Part shown: in pieces, positions 47,715 to 54,555 of the stretch
How the letters are laid out: every line of letters starts with the position of its first letter
Numbering within the stretch: the stretch's first letter is position 1
Source: Deltaproteobacteria bacterium
GTDB taxonomy: Bacteria > Bdellovibrionota_C > UBA2361 > OMII01
Direction: 5' to 3'
Assembly: GCA_947491545.1 (NCBI GenBank)
Contig: CANLJX010000004.1
Span: forward strand, 1-54,555
Length of the DNA: 54,555 bases
Position numbers and translations under genes: made by a program
Notes under the pieces: generated by a model
Databases searched by the model: none
What the model saw: only the letters and a program-made list of their open reading frames with translations
Told to the model about the DNA's origin: nothing

Positions 47715-48383
47715 TCAATTGAGCTGTCGAATTACTCCGATCAACCGCCCCTGAATCGTCACCTTGTCCACAGTCAGCGGCTGCATGGTCGGATTAGCTG
47801 GGATCAGCATAACCTGACCACTCTTCAATCGGCGATAGCGCTTCAGAGTTGCGCTTCCGTCGTCGAGTAGGGCCACAACTATCTGCCCATCTTCGGCTCC
47901 GTCCTGCTTCTTGATGACCACTACATCGCGGTCACAGATGTGCTCGTCGATCATCGAGTTTCCGCTCACTTCGAGGCAGTAGACCTCGCCTCGACCGTCG
48001 ATCATGCTTGGCGGGATCTCGATAGTTGTTGATTGCTCTACCGCTTCAATCGGGCGGCCTGCGGCGATAACGCCCACGAGCGGCACCGCAGTCGGACCCA
48101 ATTCGGGGGTGGCTCGGTCTAGCAGCTCCAGCATTCCGTCCGCTCCGCGGCGGATGAATCCCTTCTGTTCGAGCCGCTCCAGGTGGAAGTGGGCAGTTGA
48201 CGCCGATTTGACGCCGATGAAGTCCGAGATCGCCTTCAGGGACGGGGCATAACCCTTCTCGGCGAGGAAGTTTCTAAGAAACTCAAGGGTTTGGCGTTGA
48301 ACAGGCGCCAGAGTGCTGGACTGAAATCCGGCTGCTTCCGGCGCTAGAGCGTCAGTTTGTTTGCGGTTTTTTGTCTTCATCAT
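47715..48383 (-). CDS. lexA: SOS repressor LexA
   Basis: GYAPS wHTH, LERLEQKGFI, IAAG cleavage site, GNSM (Ser) and ATLKR (Lys); start 48383 has an AGGGA SD (48404 alternative). Confidence 0.95.
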   Translation of the reverse strand: MMKTKNRKQTDALAPEAAGFQSSTLAPVQRQTLEFLRNFLAEKGYAPSLKAISDFIGVKSASTAHFHLERLEQKGFIRRGADGMLELLDRATPELGPTAVPLVGVIAAGRPIEAVEQSTTIEIPPSMIDGRGEVYCLEVSGNSMIDEHICDRDVVVIKKQDGAEDGQIVVALLDDGSATLKRYRRLKSGQVMLIPANPTMQPLTVDKVTIQGRLIGVIRQLN

Positions 48384-48414
48384 CAATCCCTGTTGAGATG
48401 CCATCTAGGGGCGT

Positions 48415-48443
48415 ACCATATGCAAAAAAAATAGAATCGGCAA
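48415..48443 (-). promoter_or_regulatory. Putative sigma70 promoter of lexA
   Basis: Minus strand TTGCCG-17nt-TATGGT with AT-rich upstream sequence. Confidence 0.55.
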
Positions 48444-48613
48444 GGAATTATTTTAGTTGTCGGGTTTGTGGGTACTCCGGGTGGGTGTCGGTAATCTGGC
48501 GCCGTTGGTCCGGAGCGGCAACGAATGCCGGCAAGTTCTGTCGCAGAAATCACACATAATCTGGGGGTTTAGCAGACTCGCGTCGGCGCCGATAAGAAGT
48601 ATATGCGAGGCGA

Positions 48614-49084
48614 ATGAACGCCTCGGCTGCTCAGGTGCTGCATACTTCGATGACTAGCATACCGACACATCGCGTGATGACGACGGCGCTCCGAAAGGAG
48701 GTTCGCCTGCTCGTCGTTGACGATCATGAGGAGCACTTCGAGCAGCTTCGCGAGATCGCCGAGATGTATCACCCGGAGTTCCGCGTTGAGTGTAAGCTGG
48801 CTTCGACTGCGGTCGAGGCGGTCGGTCTCGCCTGCTCGTGGAAGGCTTCGGTAGTTCTCCTGGATCTTCACGTGATCTCTAGCGCCTTGGATCTGGTGAA
48901 GCAGCTTGCAACACAAGGCACAGCAGTAGTCGCGACGAGCGACACTCGCCTTCCGGAGCTCGCTGAGACAGCTTCTGAGTACGGCGCAGTTGGCTACCTC
49001 TCAAAGAGCGACAACCCGGATGACATCGAGGCTCTGCTCACATTCATCGCAGGAGTCTCGGTCGAAGGGAGCCCGCACCAGTAA
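48614..49084 (+). CDS. Single-domain response regulator (receiver)
   Basis: LLVVDD, VVLLDL, ATS, GAVGYLSK; true start may be downstream. Confidence 0.82.
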   Translation: MNASAAQVLHTSMTSIPTHRVMTTALRKEVRLLVVDDHEEHFEQLREIAEMYHPEFRVECKLASTAVEAVGLACSWKASVVLLDLHVISSALDLVKQLATQGTAVVATSDTRLPELAETASEYGAVGYLSKSDNPDDIEALLTFIAGVSVEGSPHQ

Positions 49085-49201
49085 GTTTCCGCGAGCTAGT
49101 CGCGCCCTCGCATCCCCATTCTCTACCTTGCGAAGCCCCAACCCACGCAGTAAGTACTCGTTGTCGCGTGGTTGTTATCTGCCTCTCTTGTTCGGCGTCG
49201 T

Positions 49202-50605
49202 ATGGTTCGCCTCTCAGCGCGAGCGGTTTACTCGCTCTCCCTGCCGTCTCAGCGCCTTCTTCGAGGAGTTCTGTTTCTTTTCATTGTAACAGCGCTCGTT
49301 CTCGGGGTGTCGGCAGCGCAGGCGCAGTCTCGCAAGGGCGGTAAGCCGCGTGCCAAGGGATCGCCACTGCGCTCCCTGAGTGCGCCTAAAGTGCTTCGCA
49401 AGCTCGATCTCAAAGACTTCGGCTCCCAGGTCGTGAAGTTCGGGCGGCTCGGTAGTGCCGGAGCGCTCTCGGCACTCTTTGTTCAGGTAAACTACGATAG
49501 AGAGATTACGTGCTTAACAGCGGTCTCTCTCGATACGAGTGAAGTGCTGTGGCAGCTCGGCACACCAGATGCGTCGAATTACAAAGCCACTTCAGAGATT
49601 CCGGTTCAGGTTTTCGACTGGAACGAGGATGGCTTCGACGACGTAATCTTCGCCCAGAGCGGCAGCGTTGCAGTTGTGAACGGAGCCGACGCGAGCAGGC
49701 TCGCATCGGTGCAGGCGGAGACTCCCTACAGCATCTTCGTGTACGAGACTGAGCAGTTCGGTGGTTCAGCTGGATTGGTGCTCCATGGGCGCACGTCGAC
49801 GACCCTGCTTGGGCCCAACCTATCGGTTGTGTGGACTAGGCCGAATGAGTTCTCGCATTTTCCGATGGCGATGGACGTCGACGATGACGATGAGCCTGAG
49901 CTGCTCGCGGGGTACCTGCTGTTCCGCTCCAACGGCGAGTTAATCTGGGACCGACGAGACCTCGGCGCGCATAACGACGCCTCCGATTTCGGCGATGTCG
50001 ATTGTGATGGGGAGCGCGATGTCGCAATTGCGACGAGTGGCAAGAGCGCGCTGCTCAAGCGCGACGGGTCGATTCTTTGGCGTGGAGTCGAGAATCACTC
50101 GCAGCACATCACGATGGGTTCATTCCTTCCGGGGCGCTGCGAACGGCAGATTGCAACAATCGATCGAGACCCGGGAGAGAGCGGAATTTTGAGGCTCTAC
50201 GGCCACCGCGGAAAGCTGCTGTGGGAGAGTAGGGGTCATGGTCCTAAGGCGATGATGACACGGATTGACGACTGGATACCGCAGTCAGAGGAGAGCCTAA
50301 TCTTGGTGTTTCGTAGCTTCACGCAGCCGCCGATGCTCTACGACGGCAAGGGCGCAGTTGTTGGCAAGCTGCCGTTTCCGCCAGCCGTTGTCCGAGGCTC
50401 CAAAGGGGCTGCCTACGGAAAGCACTACGCCCAGCACTTCGACACAGATGGTGACGGCAGGGAGGAGATCTTGCTCTACAACGAGCGGGCTCTCTGGGTG
50501 TATGGCAACTCAGCAGCAGTCGTCGGGGCAAGCAACAAGAAGCCATCCCAAGCCCTTCCTAATCCGCGTATCTTCAATGCCACGTTCTACATGGGGATGC
50601 AGTAG
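49202..50605 (+). CDS. Secreted FG-GAP/beta-propeller Ca-binding protein (PL11 rhamnogalacturonan-lyase-like)
   Basis: Repeated DxDxDG..E/D loops (DWNEDGFDD, DVDDDDEPE, DVDCDGERD, DTDGDGREE); EVLWQLG, NPRIFNATFY; start uncertain. Confidence 0.65.
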   Translation: MVRLSARAVYSLSLPSQRLLRGVLFLFIVTALVLGVSAAQAQSRKGGKPRAKGSPLRSLSAPKVLRKLDLKDFGSQVVKFGRLGSAGALSALFVQVNYDREITCLTAVSLDTSEVLWQLGTPDASNYKATSEIPVQVFDWNEDGFDDVIFAQSGSVAVVNGADASRLASVQAETPYSIFVYETEQFGGSAGLVLHGRTSTTLLGPNLSVVWTRPNEFSHFPMAMDVDDDDEPELLAGYLLFRSNGELIWDRRDLGAHNDASDFGDVDCDGERDVAIATSGKSALLKRDGSILWRGVENHSQHITMGSFLPGRCERQIATIDRDPGESGILRLYGHRGKLLWESRGHGPKAMMTRIDDWIPQSEESLILVFRSFTQPPMLYDGKGAVVGKLPFPPAVVRGSKGAAYGKHYAQHFDTDGDGREEILLYNERALWVYGNSAAVVGASNKKPSQALPNPRIFNATFYMGMQ

Positions 50606-50712
50606 CCCGGGGGCGGCTTAAGCGAGACTGGTGCAAACCCGAGGGTTCAAAGGTAAGCATAGCCTGGCGACAGATCGTGCCGGTTGCCCACAATATTCGT
50701 GTCGAGATGCCC

Positions 50713-50860
50713 GAATGAGGACTAGGAGCCCGGTGCAAGTGCAGGAGGATGAGAAGGGGAAAGATAAGGAAAAGCTCGGAGGAAAGAGCACCCTGCTACG
50801 AAATCCTCAGGGACAAGACATGTTTTCTACAGAGCGCTACAAACCCCTTTTTCGATTCAC
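50713..50860 (+). repeat. Repeat module C
   Basis: GAGGACTAGGAGCCCGGTGCAAGTGCAGGAG...GACATGTTTTCTAC...CCCCTTTTTC parallels 33564-33700 and the reverse complement of 32815-32950. Confidence 0.7.
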
Positions 50861-50969
50861 CATGCCGGGGTATCGTGTTGGTCCATAACAGAGTTAGCCT
50901 GGAGCGCCGGGGCCCATGTCTTTTCTGGGTTGCCCGCCGCAGGTCTTAAGTCCACCGAGGGGTCGTCGT

Positions 50970-51887
50970 ATGTTCAAGAAGTCCGTGCTTGAGAAGGCTG
51001 CGTCTTGTATCGCATTCATGTCGGTGGCGGTTTTGGTTAGCGGCACTGACGCGTGCCAGACGGACTACTCAATCGGCGGACAGTCACAAGGTCCTGTGGG
51101 GACGGGAACCCCGACGTCTGAACCGACCAGCACGCCAACCTCAGAGACCACCGGGACTCCTTCCGACACCGAAGAGCCCACGCCGCAGACAACCGGAACT
51201 CCGGCGTCGACGTCAACAGCGACAGCCACTCCTGACCAGAACATTGAGGGGCTTAGTGCAAAGAAGAGCGGGCTGCTCGACGAACTATCCCAGGCAGCGG
51301 AAAAAGACGAAGAGGGTGGGGGCACTGCTGCTGGCGGCTCAGCGGCGGGGGGAGCATCCGGCAACTGGCTCGGACAGGGATTCAAGGACCAGGAGGTAGC
51401 GGCCGGTTTCGCCGATGGCGATGGCGATGGATTCTCTGACGAGCTCGAGCTTACGCTCGCAAGCGACGCACAGAGCGCGCAGTCAGTTCCTGATGGTGGC
51501 ACCTCGACCGACGTCAATCTGCGGGTGCGGGCGGCTGATGCCGACTTGGACGGCGTCCTAGACGCCAATGAGCTGACCGAGGGCACCAATGCCCAGTCAA
51601 ACGACTCCGACGGAGATGGACGCATCGACGGAGCTGAAGTGCTCTCAGGCGGCAACCCACGTGATCCGAAGGACACCTACCCGGATGGGGATGGTGATGG
51701 GCTAAGCGATACTTACGAGGCGGAGGTAGGAACAGACCCTGCCAAGATGGATAGTGACAGCGACGGCCTGCGGGATGACCTAGAGTTCGTGTTTGGTTCT
51801 AACCCAAAGGTGGCTGATTCAGACAATGACGGGATCTCCGACGGGCGAGAGTACACTCTCGGCTCTGATCCGATGGCAGCAGAGTAG
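50970..51887 (+). CDS. Putative surface lipoprotein with Pro/Thr linker and thrombospondin type-3-like (DxDxDG..D..E) Ca-binding repeats
   Basis: Signal ending in TDAC; TPTSEPTSTPT linker; six D-x-D-x-D-G-x-x-D-x-x-E repeats. Confidence 0.8.
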   Translation: MFKKSVLEKAASCIAFMSVAVLVSGTDACQTDYSIGGQSQGPVGTGTPTSEPTSTPTSETTGTPSDTEEPTPQTTGTPASTSTATATPDQNIEGLSAKKSGLLDELSQAAEKDEEGGGTAAGGSAAGGASGNWLGQGFKDQEVAAGFADGDGDGFSDELELTLASDAQSAQSVPDGGTSTDVNLRVRAADADLDGVLDANELTEGTNAQSNDSDGDGRIDGAEVLSGGNPRDPKDTYPDGDGDGLSDTYEAEVGTDPAKMDSDSDGLRDDLEFVFGSNPKVADSDNDGISDGREYTLGSDPMAAE

Positions 51888-52025
51888 GGAAGCTCGATTC
51901 GGGCCAGAAGGCTCGATTCTATCGCCGTTCCGTTGCAAGATATGCACACTGTGGGTGCCATGGTCCCTCGGCAGCGACGTTTGCTGTGCGAGTGCATCAG
52001 GGCCCGTCAACCGTGTGGTGAAGCT

Positions 52026-53318
52026 ATGAACAGTGACCGTTCTCACGAGCTCTTTGCGCGTGCCAAGACATTCTTTCCTGGGGGCGTTAACTCTCCGGTG
52101 CGAGCCTTCCGCTCGGTGGGTGGAGAGCCCTTCATCGTCAAGCACGGCAAGGGACCGTTCCTGTTCGACGTCGATGGCAACAGGTACGTCGACTACATCA
52201 ATAGCTGGGGGCCGCTTGTACTCGGGCACGCCCACCCTGCAGTGGTGGCGGCGCTGCACGAGCAGGCGCAACTTGGCACGAGCTACGGCGCGTGTCACGA
52301 GCGTGAGGCCGAGCTGGCTCAGGTCGTGCGCGAACTCTTCCCCTCGCTTGAGCTGATGCGCTTCGTAAACTCAGGGACTGAGGCGGGGATGGCGGTGATT
52401 CGCCTCGCACGTGGCTTCACGGGTCGTCGCAAAATCGTGAAGTTTGAAGGGTGCTACCATGGTCATGCGGATGTGCTGTTGGCCAAGGCGGGCTCCGGAG
52501 TGTTGACGCTCGGATTGCCCGATTGCGCCGGCGTGCCGCCCTCAGCGGTGGAAGACACGCTGGTGGCCGAATTTAACAACGCAGAGTCAGTCGAGAGGCT
52601 CTTTGACGCGTGTGGGGAAGAGATAGCGGCCGTCATCGTTGAGCCAGTTGTCGGAAACTGTGGGCTGCTCGTGCCGGAGCCAGCGTTCCTCAAGGCTCTT
52701 CGCTCTATTACTGAGAAGCACGGTGCGCTCCTTATCTTCGACGAGGTGATGACAGGCTTCCGAGTGCACCTAGGAGGCGCGCAAGCCTTGTACGGAGTGC
52801 GCCCTGACCTCACGATGCTCGGAAAGGTGATTGGAGGAGGGCTGCCGGTCGGTGCCTTCGGCGGTCGCCGCGATATTATGGAGCGTCTTGCGCCCCTAGG
52901 CCCGGTGTACCAAGCAGGGACGCTCTCAGGAAATCCGCTAGCGATGGTTGCTGGGCTCTCAACGCTCAGCGAGTGGCGCAAGCCGGGCGTATTTGAGCGG
53001 GCGGTTGGCGTAACAGAGCGCCTGGTCGAAGGATTGCGCGCCGGCGCCGCAAATCACGGGCTCCCGCTCGTTGCCCAGTCAGTGGGTACTATGTTTGGCT
53101 TTTTCTTCTCAGAGAAGCCGGTGCGCTCGTACAGGGATACTCTCAGCGCTGACAAGGACGCGTTCAACCGCTTCTTCCACGCCATGCTTGAGGCGGGAGT
53201 CTACTTTGCTCCATCAGCTTTCGAGGCTGGATTTGTCTCGGTTGCGCACGATGGCGAGGCGATTGACTTCACCCTTGCCGTGCTCGATCAGGGATTTCGG
53301 GCGGCGAAGCAGCGATAG
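52026..53318 (+). CDS. hemL: Glutamate-1-semialdehyde 2,1-aminomutase
   Basis: PGGVNSPVRAF, SWGP, NSGTEA, GCYHGH, FDEVMTGFR, GKVIGGGLP, YQAGTLSGNP, PSAFEAGF. Confidence 0.97.
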   Translation: MNSDRSHELFARAKTFFPGGVNSPVRAFRSVGGEPFIVKHGKGPFLFDVDGNRYVDYINSWGPLVLGHAHPAVVAALHEQAQLGTSYGACHEREAELAQVVRELFPSLELMRFVNSGTEAGMAVIRLARGFTGRRKIVKFEGCYHGHADVLLAKAGSGVLTLGLPDCAGVPPSAVEDTLVAEFNNAESVERLFDACGEEIAAVIVEPVVGNCGLLVPEPAFLKALRSITEKHGALLIFDEVMTGFRVHLGGAQALYGVRPDLTMLGKVIGGGLPVGAFGGRRDIMERLAPLGPVYQAGTLSGNPLAMVAGLSTLSEWRKPGVFERAVGVTERLVEGLRAGAANHGLPLVAQSVGTMFGFFFSEKPVRSYRDTLSADKDAFNRFFHAMLEAGVYFAPSAFEAGFVSVAHDGEAIDFTLAVLDQGFRAAKQR

Positions 53319-53356
53319 GATGCGCGCCGATCAAAGCGATTGAGGGATGGAGGTCG

Positions 53357-54067
53357 CTACGCTGCTTCGGGCAGGGTCACCAGCGACGGAAAGAATCGCC
53401 ACACCTGATTGATTGCATCCGGCGGGAAGAGCTGTGCCGCGCATGTCACACCGATCGCAAACGAGCCCACGAGGATCGGTATGCAGAGCAGCGAGAGCAT
53501 AATCGCGGTGGAGAGTGGTGAGTTGCCGATGGCCCGGATTGCGTACATGAACACCAAAAATATCAGCGCCGCAGCGAAGTACACGAGCCAGGGAAACATC
53601 TCTAGCAACCAATCGTTCTGAGCGGGCTGGCCGTGAGCGAGAAACGACAGTACCGTCAGTTCTCCTTCGAGAGCGAAGTTAGCTATGTAGTAGGCGATCA
53701 TGAGAGGGATGGTAGCTACCAGGGCGTACACATTAGCCGCCACAACCTTTATGAGCGGCGCACTTATCCCCATGATTCGAAGCAGTATAGTGGTGCAAAG
53801 AGTAAACACCACGAAGCTCACCGCGAAGCATACCGTGATGGCCCAGGCAGCTTCCTTGTTAGCTGGAGCTACCCCTGAGCGGTACATGTAGAGCAGGGTT
53901 GGTAGCACAAGCACCGCAAACAGCCCCAGGAGGGACGAGATGATATACGGGGGAACAGGGCGCTCGATAAGGAGGTGGTCCATCGTCCCCTGGCGGTCTA
54001 GAACCGAGGACATGAGCAGGTCGAGTAGCCCCATCCGCCGCTCGTACTTTTTCATTTTTTGGACCAT
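53357..54067 (-). CDS. Membrane protein, Yip1-like topology
   Basis: About five TM segments in a Yip1-like arrangement; start uncertain. Confidence 0.55.
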   Translation of the reverse strand: MVQKMKKYERRMGLLDLLMSSVLDRQGTMDHLLIERPVPPYIISSLLGLFAVLVLPTLLYMYRSGVAPANKEAAWAITVCFAVSFVVFTLCTTILLRIMGISAPLIKVVAANVYALVATIPLMIAYYIANFALEGELTVLSFLAHGQPAQNDWLLEMFPWLVYFAAALIFLVFMYAIRAIGNSPLSTAIMLSLLCIPILVGSFAIGVTCAAQLFPPDAINQVWRFFPSLVTLPEAA

Positions 54068-54281
54068 GCTTGGGTAGTGTGCAGCACAACTTCTTGGGTT
54101 GGCGAGCCCAAATCTTATTGGTAAGGCGGTAGCTTATAAATCATGCGGGCAAAATACGGTTTCTATGCGGGGCGCCTCATCTGCATTGCCTTTTCTCTAC
54201 ACTTGGTGTTGAATCGACGGCGCCCGTAGGTCACTGAGTCTACCACTGAAATAATTCCTCATGTTGTGAGGGGTTACTTGA

Positions 54282-54358
54282 GCGGGAGTAGCTCAGTTGG
54301 CTAGAGCATCAGCCTTCCAAGCTGAGGGTCGCGGGTTCGAGTCTCGTCTCCCGCTCCA
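54282..54358 (+). tRNA. tRNA-Gly (anticodon TCC)
   Basis: GCGGGAG acceptor stem pairs with CTCCCGC, then T-CCA; D arm GCTC..GAGC; anticodon loop CTTCCAA; T loop GTTCGAG. Confidence 0.97.
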
Positions 54359-54360
54359 TT

Positions 54361-54555
54361 TTTCTTCCTTTGCGAACTTGGCTTCGCCAAGATTCGCAAG
54401 ACGGGTTAGGGTTTCTTCCTTTGCGAACTTGGCTTCGCCAAGATTCGCAAGACGGGTTAGGGCAACCCCTAACAACCCCAGTGCCAAATTCTTCCTTTGC
54501 CAACTTGGCTTCGCCAAGATTTGCAAGACGGGCTAGGGTTTCTTCCTTTGCGAAC
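54361..54555. repeat. Tandem array of 51-bp hairpin units downstream of tRNA-Gly (truncated by window end)
   Basis: TTTCTTCCTTTGCGAACTTGGCTTCGCCAAGATTCGCAAGACGGGTTAGGG at 54361-54411 and 54412-54462 (identical), 54489-54538 (variant), 54539-end (partial). Confidence 0.92.

Noticed and set aside
54403-54462. GGGTTAGGG telomere-like motif
   Set aside because: Only one TTAGGG per 51-bp unit, not tandem; bacterial context
54293-54536. Short ORFs reading through the tRNA and 51-bp repeats
   Set aside because: They overlap the tRNA; openness follows from a 17-codon repeat unit
54361-54555. CRISPR array
   Set aside because: Units are directly adjacent without unique spacers (one 26-nt insert only), and no cas genes are in the window
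1-54555. Prophage, integrative element or IS
   Set aside because: No integrase, transposase or phage structural genes, and no duplicated tRNA 3' end (att site) seen in the window

Overview
A 54.6-kb, ~60% GC bacterial chromosomal segment; a deltaproteobacterium/Bdellovibrionota-like free-living lineage is only an inference from gene content. It holds about 41 credible CDSs plus tRNA-Gly(TCC). Housekeeping genes: gltA, pdhA-pdhB, lexA-recA, hemL, nhaD, an orphan GroES-like gene and a divergent RuvC-like gene. A ~21-kb cell-surface glycan modification region (10.7-31.4 kb) carries six divergent polytopic GT-C/ArnT-like proteins (a seventh lies at 0.2-1.9 kb), a GtrB-like GT2, two GT-B proteins, two methyltransferases and an OafA-type acyltransferase. 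There is also an Rrf2 / cysteine dioxygenase / FAD-NAD(P)-binding sulfur module. The most unusual structure is non-coding: at least four dispersed repeat modules (A, a ~70-80-bp hairpin with 9-nt periodicity; B, a CGGNNC-hexamer element with a terminal mini-hairpin; C, a ~140-bp purine-skewed element; D, NACGNN hexamer palindromes) are combined into mosaic intergenic islands, like BIMEs but with unrelated sequence. A separate 51-bp hairpin tandem array starts right after tRNA-Gly and runs off the window end. No transposase, integrase, phage gene, cas gene or CRISPR array is recognisable. All product calls are motif-based by eye; no searches were run.
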